Numbered from the stretch's first letter, positions 27,782-38,602 are shown. The stretch is DNA of 64,000 nucleotides from Candidatus Thorarchaeota archaeon (GCA_048882045.1 JBHLRZ010000017.1:1-64000); one strand, 5' to 3'. A program made the numbers and translations. The notes: generated by a model not told the origin, from the sequence alone.

Positions 27782-27807
27782 ATAAAAGGATTGTCACATG
27801 ACCCTTT

Positions 27808-28116
27808 CTATAGAGTCGGCTTGGTCGGTTTTTTTGATATTCGTTCTATATTCCCTGTCGCTACTTGACTTCGGTACTTGTCCAAGGTCGTTTCTCCTTT
27901 CTCGTAAATCGGACCTTGTCCTGTCAGGAATCCTGTTGATACACCCTCTTTCGTTTGTATAACAGGTCGAGAAGCTTTCATCATTAAATAGCGGAGAAAC
28001 TCAAGATCTGTTACTTTTCTACCCATTTTTCGCTGATATCGCATCTTTTCTTCCTCCCAAGTCAAAATATCATGCTCTGTGAGCCCTTTGAAGAGTTTAT
28101 TCTTGAGTTTGCTCAT
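27808..28116 (-). CDS. Small basic hypothetical protein
   Basis: 102-aa ORF. 'GRKVTDLEFLRYLM' resembles an RHH-like helix. Confidence 0.6.
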   Translation of the reverse strand: MSKLKNKLFKGLTEHDILTWEEEKMRYQRKMGRKVTDLEFLRYLMMKASRPVIQTKEGVSTGFLTGQGPIYEKGETTLDKYRSQVATGNIERISKKPTKPTL

Positions 28117-28235
28117 AATTTCGTCTCCATGAGAGTTAACCATTCTAACCAAAAGGTCTGCTTTATCCCCTTGTAATACCTAGGGGATATGAGTAGGGAA
28201 AGTATATGATTCGCTAGTTTCGTAAAGCCTTCTTC

Positions 28236-29384
28236 TCAGCTCTTCATATTCTCTTCTTTGGATTCTGAAACTTCCTTTTCTGTTTCAGTTTCTGTCGTAA
28301 CTGCTCCACCCTCAGCTACTGGTGCTGGAGTAAAAGTAGCTGCTTCCGAGGTTTCAGGTCTCGGTGTGTGATAGAGGCTCTCTGACCTAGTCTTGGTGAA
28401 CTGAGTGACTGCGGTCCATGTGGCTGACCTGTTCGCTAATGGCGTCAGTTTCTTTATTCGAAACATGACAATGGCCGAAAGGTCAATGAGGATGATGTTC
28501 ATTCCAAGAAGTAGAAATGAGCCAAATCCAATCTGAATGAGAGCACCATTCGCATGCATCGCTCCCAGTGCAAACATCAGAGCCGCATTGACAGCTGGTG
28601 GCATAAGAGCAGCAGATATTGCGACACCGACAAGACTCGACATATCCCCCTTAGTTACCGATACTGCTACTGCAGGTCCTGAGATAATAGCTACACCTAC
28701 ATCAATCCAATTGAATCCCGCACGTCGGGTTATTTCTGTAATATTGACTGGAATCGGACCTGGTCCCATATCATTCGTGATCGTGGTCACAAAGCCAGCT
28801 GAACCTCCTGCATAGAGCATTAGTGCAATCACTATTCCAACAGCAAAGGATAATCCCAAAGAGATCAGCTCATTCATAGTTCCCTTGGTAAACAGTTGCC
28901 TATCCCTGACAACATAACCTAGGGCAACACCCAGCATTGGTCCCATCAAAGGAGAAAGAAGCATTGAAGCAACAATCACAGTGACGTTGTTTTGAAGCAA
29001 ACCAAAACCTGCCATTGCAGCAGCAAGAATCGTGAAAGCAATGAAATCAAAGCTCAAAGAGGACTGCTTCTGTACATTTTCATAGATCTCTTCCACAGCA
29101 AGAGTCGCATCTCGCTGGATCTTCGTATCACTGACTTCTTCAACTTCTCTCGGTAGTGAAGCTGTCAAATCTAGGATGTCAATGAATCCATATTCTACTC
29201 CCACTCCCCTACTCTTTAGCTTCTCAATTGTTTCACTGACATGACCATCAGGAATCCTGAATTGAAGTATGTGAGCATTGTCAGTGTTGAATTTGTTGAC
29301 ATTGTTAAAACCAAGACTGTCAACAATATAATCAAACACTGCTTCTGTCTTTTCAAATGGTACAGTTATTTGCACCTGCTTCAC
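28236..29384 (-). CDS. TIGR00341/DUF389 family membrane protein
   Basis: 'IVASMLLSPLMGP', 'LVGVAISAALMPP'. Confidence 0.9.
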   Translation of the reverse strand: MKQVQITVPFEKTEAVFDYIVDSLGFNNVNKFNTDNAHILQFRIPDGHVSETIEKLKSRGVGVEYGFIDILDLTASLPREVEEVSDTKIQRDATLAVEEIYENVQKQSSLSFDFIAFTILAAAMAGFGLLQNNVTVIVASMLLSPLMGPMLGVALGYVVRDRQLFTKGTMNELISLGLSFAVGIVIALMLYAGGSAGFVTTITNDMGPGPIPVNITEITRRAGFNWIDVGVAIISGPAVAVSVTKGDMSSLVGVAISAALMPPAVNAALMFALGAMHANGALIQIGFGSFLLLGMNIILIDLSAIVMFRIKKLTPLANRSATWTAVTQFTKTRSESLYHTPRPETSEAATFTPAPVAEGGAVTTETETEKEVSESKEENMKS

Positions 29385-29547
29385 AGACGCACCTCTCCGT
29401 GTTGACTCGTGTGCTTCTTTAGAATGGTATTAAGGATTACTAGAGGAGCACTTTTGTAATACAAATAATACCAGTTGTGAGTGTTTGCGCATTAAACACC
29501 AAGCTTTTCTATAATTCCATTCATCAAACCGAGAGAGGAAAGGAAGA

Positions 29548-30243
29548 ATGGCTGTGTTTGATGTCATATTTGTCCTTGCTGGGTGGTTTGTTCTCTCACT
29601 CACAGGGGCACTAGCACCGGGACCATTATCTGCAGCAGTCATTCAACAAGCTAGCAAACGTGGCCGACTTCATGGGATTCTTCCGATGGTCGGACATGCT
29701 CTAGTTGAGTTAGTGATAATCACTGCCATAATCCTTGGTGTAAGTTCTGCGTTTCTTACTCCCTACACTGATCTACTCATGGGATTTGGTGGAGTGATAA
29801 TCATCCTTTTTGGTGTTCTAGCTTTGCGAGACTACAAACAGGAGGATTCTGATGCATCGGGTGAAACTAAACAAGAATTGACAAAGTCCTCAGCTTTAGG
29901 AGCCACAACACAAGGCATCTTGGTCAGCATATTCTCACCCTATTTCATCCTCTGGTGGTTGGCAGCTGGATTCACTGCAATAACTTATCTTCTGGAAAAT
30001 GTTCAGTGGAGTGTTGGAGCTGTTTTCATAGCGGGAATCCTCATCTACTTTACACACATTTCGACAGACCTAATCTTTGGAGCATTTCTTTCTGTAGGAG
30101 CAACCTATGGAAGTGGGAAAGCACAGGTGAACTCCAATGCTGGTCGGTTGAACTTGGTCAACATTGGGATTGGTCTTTTTCAGATAGTTCTTGGATTGTA
30201 CTTTATCGTTCTAGCAATTCCAGGTCTTCTCTTTGCCTCTTAG
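29548..30243 (+). CDS. LysE-family translocator
   Basis: 'SLTGALAPGPL', 'GHALVE', 'SPYFILWW'. Confidence 0.85.
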   Translation: MAVFDVIFVLAGWFVLSLTGALAPGPLSAAVIQQASKRGRLHGILPMVGHALVELVIITAIILGVSSAFLTPYTDLLMGFGGVIIILFGVLALRDYKQEDSDASGETKQELTKSSALGATTQGILVSIFSPYFILWWLAAGFTAITYLLENVQWSVGAVFIAGILIYFTHISTDLIFGAFLSVGATYGSGKAQVNSNAGRLNLVNIGIGLFQIVLGLYFIVLAIPGLLFAS

Positions 30244-30278
30244 TTAATGGAAAGACATGATTGTCAATTGGCACACAG

Positions 30279-31031
30279 CTAGCCACCGATTTCTTCGCCA
30301 AAGACCTTTAGAATAATGAATCCGAGTAGGGCACCCAATAGTGTGGCTATAGTTCGCTCTACCAGCATTGCTGGAAAGATTGCATAACCAAAGACTACTG
30401 CAGGTATCTCTAACAAATATACTGAACCCATAGCCATGACTGAGTGGTCCAACATCGCACCCAAGAAGGTGAATGGTATCAATTGCAAGTATGATTTCTT
30501 TGGGTCGAACTCGAACATCTTGACCTGAAACACAATCGCCAATATAGCTGCAAGCATGTATGGAAGCATGAACCACCATGCTTCGAAGACAGCGATTTCG
30601 TAAAGGATTATGATGATCACTAGATAGATCGCTGTTACAAGTGGTCCTGGGATGGTTGTGTTTGCTACCTTGGTAGTCCGCTTCAGAGAGAGTCCTGTGA
30701 ACAATGCAGCCACTGCTGGTCCAACTATTGTTGTTGGAATGTAGAGGTACACTCCTCCACCAAATGGGAGGCTGACCATTGTCGCAGTCAGACCTGCGAT
30801 GAGGCCGAAACCAAAACCTCTCCATGGACCAAGAAGAATGCCCATAATAGGTGCTACACAGATGGCAAAGCTTAGAATGCTACTGAAACCTGCAGGTCCA
30901 ATGAAGCCGCTCATTGGCAGAAGGGCGAGTACTGCATAAAGTGCGATAAGGATAATTCCTACCGTAATCTTCTTCGTTTCGCTGGGTTTACCAATGAGAA
31001 TCATTTCCTGATCATCAGCATCGAGTGACAT
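30279..31031 (-). CDS. ECF transporter S-component-like membrane protein
   Basis: 'APIMGILLGPWRG', about seven TM segments, 'ERTIAT'. Confidence 0.7.
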   Translation of the reverse strand: MSLDADDQEMILIGKPSETKKITVGIILIALYAVLALLPMSGFIGPAGFSSILSFAICVAPIMGILLGPWRGFGFGLIAGLTATMVSLPFGGGVYLYIPTTIVGPAVAALFTGLSLKRTTKVANTTIPGPLVTAIYLVIIIILYEIAVFEAWWFMLPYMLAAILAIVFQVKMFEFDPKKSYLQLIPFTFLGAMLDHSVMAMGSVYLLEIPAVVFGYAIFPAMLVERTIATLLGALLGFIILKVFGEEIGG

Positions 31032-31108
31032 TGTCTACCCACTCCAGTTCGCGATTGCGATTGATTCGCCTTATGATGATTGCGGTAGGTTGGAAAGCCT
31101 CTAACGTT

Positions 31109-32200
31109 TTACTTCCTGACTTTCCGTAATCCAAAGATAACTGCAGCAATACTGGCAATAGATAGTGTGCCTGCTATTGGAATCAAGATTCCCCAATCTC
31201 CATCTGTCGGGGTGATAGTCGTTGTTGTGTTTGAATACGGTGTCTGAAGGAAAATACTCACAGATTTACTAGTTGCCAAACCATAGCCATCAAGAACAAC
31301 GAGACTCGTAGGGAATGGATGGTTTGTATCTATATCAGCAGGACCAGCTGCATCTGGGTAGACCTTTTCAGTGATAAGAGATGGCACATAGTACCAGCCA
31401 TTGATGGGTTCCACTCCTTCATCAAGCTTAATGGGCCAGATAGCGACTTCATCATATTCAGCAGTTGTCTGATTGAGAAAAGTGATAACAACTTTCACAT
31501 ATCTGATATAACTCATACCTGAGATTTCTATCTGAAAGCTTGTATTTGACCAATCAAGAAGCAGCTTGTTCTCTAATTCATCATAATTCGGATGTATAAT
31601 CTTAATTATCGGTCCAATTATGTCCCTGTTTATTGTATACTCATAGATAGGGAAGTATGTGAAGTGTTGAATCCCAACAGTCAGGTTCAAGCTCCCCTCA
31701 TCAATGAACTCATTTCCGAATGAGGCCCATGTTTCATTCATGAAGAAATACGTTGAATTCATCCAAACAGCATAGTGGATGAAATCACCTTCTGGTGTTT
31801 CTAATATCTTCTCGTACGGCATCAGGGTTTCGAAGTATGAAGTTGAATTGGCTTCGCCCTCATTCTCTGAAAGGTCTACTACAATCACAATGTCAGGGTC
31901 GGGAGTTTCCCACCAAATCTCGAATGAAAACCTGAAATTCTTCGGTTGCATCTCCGTTGTATTTGGATAGAAATACCTCCAGAATATTTCTTGTCCATTT
32001 ATGAAGAGAGATCCCGATTCCAATGTATTCGCGTTATATGCTGGAGGTTCAAAAGGCGGATATTCAGAAGTCTGTGAGATTAGATAGTCATTTCGAGGAC
32101 CTTGAAAGATTTCTCCATCTATTGTATGGATGATTTGTGGCAGACTTCCTAACAGAATCACAAGGCTGAGTACAAATACTTGCTTACTCACGTCTTCCAT
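31109..32200 (-). CDS. Secreted protein with C-terminal membrane anchor
   Basis: Signal peptide, N-x-S/T sequons, Thr-rich linker, TM helix and basic tail. Confidence 0.75.
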   Translation of the reverse strand: MEDVSKQVFVLSLVILLGSLPQIIHTIDGEIFQGPRNDYLISQTSEYPPFEPPAYNANTLESGSLFINGQEIFWRYFYPNTTEMQPKNFRFSFEIWWETPDPDIVIVVDLSENEGEANSTSYFETLMPYEKILETPEGDFIHYAVWMNSTYFFMNETWASFGNEFIDEGSLNLTVGIQHFTYFPIYEYTINRDIIGPIIKIIHPNYDELENKLLLDWSNTSFQIEISGMSYIRYVKVVITFLNQTTAEYDEVAIWPIKLDEGVEPINGWYYVPSLITEKVYPDAAGPADIDTNHPFPTSLVVLDGYGLATSKSVSIFLQTPYSNTTTTITPTDGDWGILIPIAGTLSIASIAAVIFGLRKVRK

Positions 32201-32251
32201 TCTTCACCTAGAGAAATTTGATTTTAAAAATCAACTTAGGCTCTTTATCCG

Positions 32252-33220
32252 TCATACTGGATAGAAGTCCCAGAAGTGTGACACCTTCCAGTCATTACCT
32301 ACCTGTCTGTCTCCTCTAAGGTCCACCAATTCTTGCCCTTCAAATGGGTAGAACTGGAGATCATTACTACCATTGACAACGATGAGGTCAGGACGCCCTA
32401 GAGTTCTCCAATGTCCTACCAAATAGGTCCAGTCATCTCTGAAGTCCTTGTCTGACCTGTACAGATACTCTTTGGTGGAGAAATCATCTTTCCCATCGTA
32501 ACTGAAGAGGTAGAGTCTCTTGTCTCTGTAAGCCAGGATATCAGGAGTCGGTTTGCTTAACCAGTGTCCAACGAGTAGATGTGGATAGTCTTTTTCTTTG
32601 AAACCATGGCCAATCTTGTAGTCCTTTCCTCCATAGAATGATTCGCCATCGAAAGGAAAGACTATGAGGTCTCCATTGTCTTTTCGAATCATGATGTCTG
32701 GGTGGGTTCCTCCTGTCCAATATCCGGGGTAGATGTTAGGTACCTTGTTCTTCTTGAACCCATTCCCAACCTTTTCCTTGCGTCCCAAGTCCCTGAACTC
32801 CCTACCGTCCCATAGAAACAACTTGAGGTCTCCATCCTCATCTCTGATGAGTAGGTCTGAAGTACCGTTGTTCAGCCATTCTGCAGGGTAGAAGTCAAGT
32901 TCGGCATAGAATCCACGGCCCACACGATCACCAGTTCCTCTGAACATGAAGGTTTCATCCCGAAATGGATAGTGTCGAAGATTACCATCCTCGTCCAGTG
33001 TGATGAGTGATGACCCTCCACCAATCCTCCTTCGATGAGTTGGCTGTTCTGAAGGCATCCAATAACCTGGGATGTAAGCTAGAAATTCCCATTCCCGCCC
33101 AACATCGCGGCCAGTTTTCTTACCTTTTGGTGCATAGAACCTATATCTACCATCTTCCCAGTGGAAGAATGGGAACCATTTCATATCTCCATTGTCTTTT
33201 CTGATTACTAAACCAGGCAT
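32252..33220 (-). CDS. FG-GAP/tachylectin-like beta-propeller repeat protein
   Basis: About six repeats of roughly 55 aa, pattern 'G.W....PD+++R..+GDL..+PF+G....+G.GF/W'. Confidence 0.7.
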   Translation of the reverse strand: MPGLVIRKDNGDMKWFPFFHWEDGRYRFYAPKGKKTGRDVGREWEFLAYIPGYWMPSEQPTHRRRIGGGSSLITLDEDGNLRHYPFRDETFMFRGTGDRVGRGFYAELDFYPAEWLNNGTSDLLIRDEDGDLKLFLWDGREFRDLGRKEKVGNGFKKNKVPNIYPGYWTGGTHPDIMIRKDNGDLIVFPFDGESFYGGKDYKIGHGFKEKDYPHLLVGHWLSKPTPDILAYRDKRLYLFSYDGKDDFSTKEYLYRSDKDFRDDWTYLVGHWRTLGRPDLIVVNGSNDLQFYPFEGQELVDLRGDRQVGNDWKVSHFWDFYPV

Positions 33221-33341
33221 GCATGCTCCTCCATTGCCATCTCTATGTAAAAGGTTCACGCATATTTGTTTGGCGGTATCTGAAAATGGTAAACATTTTA
33301 GGGGGCTTGTTTAACGCGGCACTCAGCCGGAGGCATTCATT

Positions 33342-34655
33342 GTGAGTGAAGAAACTTTTGATGTCATTGTTGTTGGTGCTGGGGTTCTTGGTGTTGCTAC
33401 TGCATATTATCTTCAGAAGAACAGCCCTGACAAGAAGATCCTTCTCGTTGAGAGAACACTCGCTGCTGGTCAAGCAAACACTGCTATGAGTGCCGCTGCT
33501 GTTCGGAATATGTTTGCTTCTTCGACAAACCAGATTCTCACTGACACTTCCATCAAGTACTTTGAACATGTACAAGAGGAGATTGGGTTTGACCTATTCT
33601 TTGAAAAGACTGGTTACCTCTGGCTCCTAGGTGAAGAACAGTTCAACCATGCCAGTGTCAAGGTCTGGATGGAGCGTATGGAGAAATCAGGTATCAGCTA
33701 CAAGGTCTACAGCAAAAATGAGCTCAAGAAACTGATTCCTGGACTTAATGTCGATTTCTCTGGTGATGAAGAGGCAGAGCTCATGAATCTCCATGAAGTC
33801 GCTTACGGACTCTTTGGAGCTGATTGCGGTGTCCTTGATCCGACAAGACTTGTCGAGTACTACTTTGGGGAGTTCAAAAAACTCTCACATGTCAAACCAA
33901 GGTTTGGAGTTGAAGTTGAGAAACTTCTCCTTGAAGCTGATCCAAAGCTGGACTTACCAGGAGAACCCTATGTCTGGCAGAAGAAGAAAGTGAATGGAGT
34001 CGTCACTGATAAAGGAATTTTCAAAGCTGATGTTGTTGTACTAGCCACAGGATCTTGGACAAACGAGTTACTCGACCCAATCGGAATGGACAGCATGACC
34101 AAAGGAAAGAAACGTCAGCTCTTCGTCATCCATGCTGAGGACAAACAGGACCTCCACAATCTACTTGATACCGATGGTTTCAATGAACTCGGATGTATCC
34201 CCTTCACAATATTGCCCTCTGCTGGAGTATACTTCCGACCACAACTTCAGGAGAGAGGGTTCTGGATTGGGTGCGGTGACAAACTCGGTCGGGAGTACAA
34301 GTATGTCCAGACTGACGAAGACATGGTTCCTGAGAGTGCTTATTACGAAAACAGTATGTACCCAGTGCTATCCAAATACTTCCCTGCCTTCGCTGGAGTA
34401 AGACCTGTGAACAGTTGGGCTGGTGGTTACAACTACAGTCCGGATAGAATTCCCTTTGTCTACCTTGATTGCGGAGTCCTCGTTGTTAATGGGGCTAGTG
34501 GCTCTGGAATCATGAAGGCCGATGCCATGGGCCGTATTGCTGATGCTCTCTACCGAGGTGAGCCAGATGCTGAGCTGTTCGGTGGGAAGAAGATTCCTTC
34601 AAACACTCTCAGCATCAAAGACAGAGATGTCGAGGTAGAGAGTGTAATCATCTAG
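33342..34655 (+). CDS. FAD-dependent oxidoreductase (DAO / sarcosine oxidase beta-like)
   Basis: GAGVLG, 'NSWAGGYNYSPDRIP', 'SGSGIMK'. Confidence 0.88.
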   Translation: MSEETFDVIVVGAGVLGVATAYYLQKNSPDKKILLVERTLAAGQANTAMSAAAVRNMFASSTNQILTDTSIKYFEHVQEEIGFDLFFEKTGYLWLLGEEQFNHASVKVWMERMEKSGISYKVYSKNELKKLIPGLNVDFSGDEEAELMNLHEVAYGLFGADCGVLDPTRLVEYYFGEFKKLSHVKPRFGVEVEKLLLEADPKLDLPGEPYVWQKKKVNGVVTDKGIFKADVVVLATGSWTNELLDPIGMDSMTKGKKRQLFVIHAEDKQDLHNLLDTDGFNELGCIPFTILPSAGVYFRPQLQERGFWIGCGDKLGREYKYVQTDEDMVPESAYYENSMYPVLSKYFPAFAGVRPVNSWAGGYNYSPDRIPFVYLDCGVLVVNGASGSGIMKADAMGRIADALYRGEPDAELFGGKKIPSNTLSIKDRDVEVESVII

Positions 34656-36783
34656 TGACTACTTGCACACCCGGTTCTCTCTCAATTATTGGTTTGGGCT
34701 CAATAATCTGTCTTATTATCACTATCATACCAGTAACCAGAAACGGTATCATAAATCCGAAAATTGGTGTAACTTGATACATTGATACTTGGACTGTAAC
34801 AATGACAGTGTCTTTTTCCAATCCATGATAGGGTGATTCAATTACTATGGTGAAGTTATGTGTTCCTTGCGTTAGGTATGGATCATTGACATTGACATAG
34901 ATTGTTTCATCAAAGTAGTAATAATCAAACGTCCATTGACCTGAATGAAAGTGTTCTCCATCTAGGAGAATCGAGTATGTCATTCCAAAAGGGTATTGGT
35001 CAGAGTATTCAGGTTCAGGGACAAATTCCAAGTCCCATTTCAGTTGGAAGAACGGGAGCATCGTGCTGAAATCCTGAGCGGGAATGATATAGACGTCACT
35101 TATAGCACGATTGACTACTTCATACTTATACCAGTCGGGGTTTATAGAAAGCTCATAGAAGTCATTCTCCTTATAATCGACTAACATGAAAGGACCGCTA
35201 CTGATACTTTGAATGTCAGGGAGTTCTCCTGAGACCAGGTTCCAACTATACCACTCATCATATCCATATTTCTCAATGACATGCTTTGGTAGAATGTATG
35301 TGTAAGCGATTTTTTCGAAGTTCCAATAGGATTCCGAACTGAATTCAAAGACCACCTGATATGGTGATGGAGCATAAACAGTAAAAAGATCAGTCAATTT
35401 TTCAGCCATTGGATTTCCGTACATACCACTTTCCTTGATGTAGTTAAAGGTGAAAGCGACATCATATGCTGTAATATTCACACCATCGGTCCACCGTAAG
35501 TTAGTATTCACATCGAAGGTGAACCTCGTATTACCCTTTGGAATCTGAGTATTGTTCTGATGCCTTTCAACTGTCATGGCCTTAGCAATTTGAGGAGTTG
35601 GTTCCAAAGTTGGTGTTCTTGCATATAGACCTAGTAACATTCCATCAAATATAGCCTTGGAAACTTCAGATTGTCCTGTAAAGGGATTTAGACTGTCTGG
35701 ATTCGTTTCAACTCCTATCGCAAGAACTCCTCCCCCATAACCATCTACTCTCTTCACATTCATGGTTGTCCATAGACCGGTCATGTATCGATCAATATCT
35801 TCTACATAATCCATGAAGCGGTAACTACTGTATGCCTGATGGTAGATATTCTGATACGCGATTAAGGAAGGCACCTCATTGTGAAGTATCTTCTGCATCT
35901 CCGATGCTGCATGAAACACATCTTCATAGCTTGAACTTGTTAGAAGCTGTCGTCCCCAAAAGTCGAATGTAGAATTTGAGAAGCCTGAAAGGTTAATCAT
36001 CGTATTATTAGTATATTCTGATCCATATTCTGAAACCATCCAAGTGATATCAAAATCATCGAAGTCGCGTTCATGTAAGTGCACCTCTGGGAGAAAGTAA
36101 ACACTAGGATCATTAACTACGACCGCGATATTTAGCGCCTCAAATGCTTCTTTGGTTATCTGGGCAATCTCGTCATTATTGATGGGATTGAATGTCTTTA
36201 TGTGAACACCAAAACGTTCTCCATTCGGAGCAACTCTGAATCCGGTTACAGGGTCTACTGTGAAATTCAGATCGTCAAGAATTGCATTTCCAGTGTCTGA
36301 ATCTTTTGAATACCAATGCCAGTCAAGTCCATCTTCGATACAGAATGGATTCACCGCAGGAACAAGCGAATCATGTTCCTGTGCCCAATTATGAAGTTCA
36401 TCTACTACAAGCATTTTGTCAAAGGCATAGGCAAACGCCCGTCGGAATCCACTGATATTAAGAGGATACTCTCGACAATTGAAGGTAATCTGTCCATAAC
36501 CATTTCTCAAAAAATCGCTAAGTTCGATGTCAGCTTCCATTCCCCACTCTAGAGCTTGTGAATACATTTCACTAGTATTGAGAAAAGGCATGACCATATC
36601 CACACGACTTGACAGAAGTCCGTTGAGTCTTTCAGTTCGATCCGGTATGACAATGTACACCACCTTGTCAATATGTGGTCCGGACTCATAGAAGTTGTAT
36701 TCTTGTGAGGATGCGGGATATACTAGGAGGAGAGATGAGATTATACCGATAACCAATGAGATAGCAATCCATCTTGTCCTCAA
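34648..36783 (-). CDS. Family-5 ABC peptide-binding protein, circularly permuted, with C-terminal TM anchor
   Basis: 'FRRAFAYAFDK', 'PDSLNPF', 'WTDGVNITAYDVAFTF', 'SGPFML'. Confidence 0.85.
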   Translation of the reverse strand: MRTRWIAISLVIGIISSLLLVYPASSQEYNFYESGPHIDKVVYIVIPDRTERLNGLLSSRVDMVMPFLNTSEMYSQALEWGMEADIELSDFLRNGYGQITFNCREYPLNISGFRRAFAYAFDKMLVVDELHNWAQEHDSLVPAVNPFCIEDGLDWHWYSKDSDTGNAILDDLNFTVDPVTGFRVAPNGERFGVHIKTFNPINNDEIAQITKEAFEALNIAVVVNDPSVYFLPEVHLHERDFDDFDITWMVSEYGSEYTNNTMINLSGFSNSTFDFWGRQLLTSSSYEDVFHAASEMQKILHNEVPSLIAYQNIYHQAYSSYRFMDYVEDIDRYMTGLWTTMNVKRVDGYGGGVLAIGVETNPDSLNPFTGQSEVSKAIFDGMLLGLYARTPTLEPTPQIAKAMTVERHQNNTQIPKGNTRFTFDVNTNLRWTDGVNITAYDVAFTFNYIKESGMYGNPMAEKLTDLFTVYAPSPYQVVFEFSSESYWNFEKIAYTYILPKHVIEKYGYDEWYSWNLVSGELPDIQSISSGPFMLVDYKENDFYELSINPDWYKYEVVNRAISDVYIIPAQDFSTMLPFFQLKWDLEFVPEPEYSDQYPFGMTYSILLDGEHFHSGQWTFDYYYFDETIYVNVNDPYLTQGTHNFTIVIESPYHGLEKDTVIVTVQVSMYQVTPIFGFMIPFLVTGMIVIIRQIIEPKPIIEREPGVQVVTR

Positions 36784-37001
36784 TCAGATACCTCCGTTTC
36801 TTAACTATACATTTGAGGACCTTTATTGTTTTGGTGTGAAAAGCAGCACAATGATTTAACGTTATTACATAAACCTAAAAGGCAACTGAGGTCTTTTCAA
36901 TTGAGACCTATAGGGGTTCAACTTCTGACATAGTCAGGTCTAGTAAGAACCCAATCCAGGCAGGCTATCATCGATGGACGAAGACAATCCCCCTGACCGA
37001 G

Positions 37002-37964
37002 GTGGATCATATGAGCGACAGAGTAGAGAATGGAAGTATCTCCATTATGGCGTTGGAGAGTGGAATACATTATGCCAGCTTGGAAGAAGCCCCTGAAGAA
37101 CCACTGCTCATAGAAATCATCGGTATTCGACCTGACGACCTTGCTAAAATCTCCCAACGATTTGAAATTGACCTAGAAGACCTTCAGGACGTTCAAGACT
37201 TGGATGAGCGTCCCCGTTTACAGATTGAGGACAAATTCACAATGATGGTACTTCGAGTACCAGTCGACCTTCGAGTTGAAGATCGTGAGTACTCGACAAA
37301 TCCTATTGGAATGTTCACAAATGGTCGAGATATCATTGTGATTCAGAATGATGAAGTCCCTAGAAGAAAGAAGCGGCTACGTGAGAAGGTACGTTATAGC
37401 ACCACTGCGAATGAGGTCATCTATAGATGGTGGGAGCTTGTTATCCACTCCTTTGAAACTACGCTGGATCTTATTGAAGCAACAATCAATCAGACAGAAG
37501 ATGTCATCATGCGAGAAATTTACCCGTCGCATCTTGAATGGTTTTTCCAGCTCTCACGTGACGCTATCTTTATGGAAACCGCTCTAAAGGCTAACATCAA
37601 GGTCCTTCGCCGGTTGAAGCGGTTCAATGTTGTCGGAAGGATGATTCTCGATGTAGACCGACTTGAAGAGCTTGAAGTAGACCTTCAACAGCAAGTGGAA
37701 TTGAGTGCCATATATCGGGAGTTGATTGACAACGCAATGAATGCATATGACAGCATCGTCAGTCATAATCTAAACAGAGTCATTAAGACCCTGACCTCGA
37801 TCTCATTGCTTGTCAGTGTCCCTACTCTGATAGCTAGTATTTATGGTATGAATGTTGGCTTGCCGCTGCAGAACGATTCATTGGCTTTTGCCCTTGTGAT
37901 GCTTGCTAGCTTGGTTATAACAGTACCATTGCTTCTGTTTCTAAGAACCAAGAGTCTTGTCTAG
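37002..37964 (+). CDS. corA: CorA-family Mg2+/Co2+ transporter
   Basis: 'DERPR', 'LNRVIKTLT', YGMN signature and two C-terminal TMs. Confidence 0.92.
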   Translation: MDHMSDRVENGSISIMALESGIHYASLEEAPEEPLLIEIIGIRPDDLAKISQRFEIDLEDLQDVQDLDERPRLQIEDKFTMMVLRVPVDLRVEDREYSTNPIGMFTNGRDIIVIQNDEVPRRKKRLREKVRYSTTANEVIYRWWELVIHSFETTLDLIEATINQTEDVIMREIYPSHLEWFFQLSRDAIFMETALKANIKVLRRLKRFNVVGRMILDVDRLEELEVDLQQQVELSAIYRELIDNAMNAYDSIVSHNLNRVIKTLTSISLLVSVPTLIASIYGMNVGLPLQNDSLAFALVMLASLVITVPLLLFLRTKSLV

Positions 37965-38602
37965 GGTTTTCTTGCAAGAATCCAATATGGTTTTTCATCG
38001 TTAGATGGCACAATTCTTTCGAAGAGAATCTCGAATCCTGAATTCTTGACCATCTCAAGACTTACTTCGGGCCCTGGATGACTCCAGGCCATATCCACTC
38101 CATAAAACTCCGCAATTTCCTCCCAGTCTGAATGTGCAGTACAGACAAGCATCACTCCTCCGGGTTTCAACCATTTGTACATTCGAGTATACATCATTGG
38201 ATGGAGACTCTTGTGAATGTGGATGATGGCATAAGTGGAAATAATACCATCGAATGAATTTTCATCAAACTCTGTTTTAGTTGCATCACCATGAATCAAG
38301 GTTGCTTCCGGAACATTCCTTCTTGCTACTTCTAGCATGCCAGTGGAGAAATCGATGCCAGTAGCATCATAACCCTCGGCGATCATTCTCTTAAGAATGG
38401 GAACTCCTCCTCCACATCCGATATCCAATACTGATGCTCCTTTAGGAAGGATATCGATGAATTCTTGGATTTCCTTACTATTGTCAGAATCTTCTCTATC
38501 TCGACTGTACTCCTCAGCTATCTTGTCATATCCATCACGAACAATCCTCCCTTGTTCATCTGGACTTTTTCCATGAGTTCTCTCAGGTCCCATCCTTGTC
38601 AT
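37961..38602 (-). CDS. Class I SAM-dependent methyltransferase
   Basis: 'VLDIGCGGG', 'GIDFS', 'WLKPGG'. Confidence 0.9.
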   Translation of the reverse strand: MTRMGPERTHGKSPDEQGRIVRDGYDKIAEEYSRDREDSDNSKEIQEFIDILPKGASVLDIGCGGGVPILKRMIAEGYDATGIDFSTGMLEVARRNVPEATLIHGDATKTEFDENSFDGIISTYAIIHIHKSLHPMMYTRMYKWLKPGGVMLVCTAHSDWEEIAEFYGVDMAWSHPGPEVSLEMVKNSGFEILFERIVPSNDEKPYWILARKP

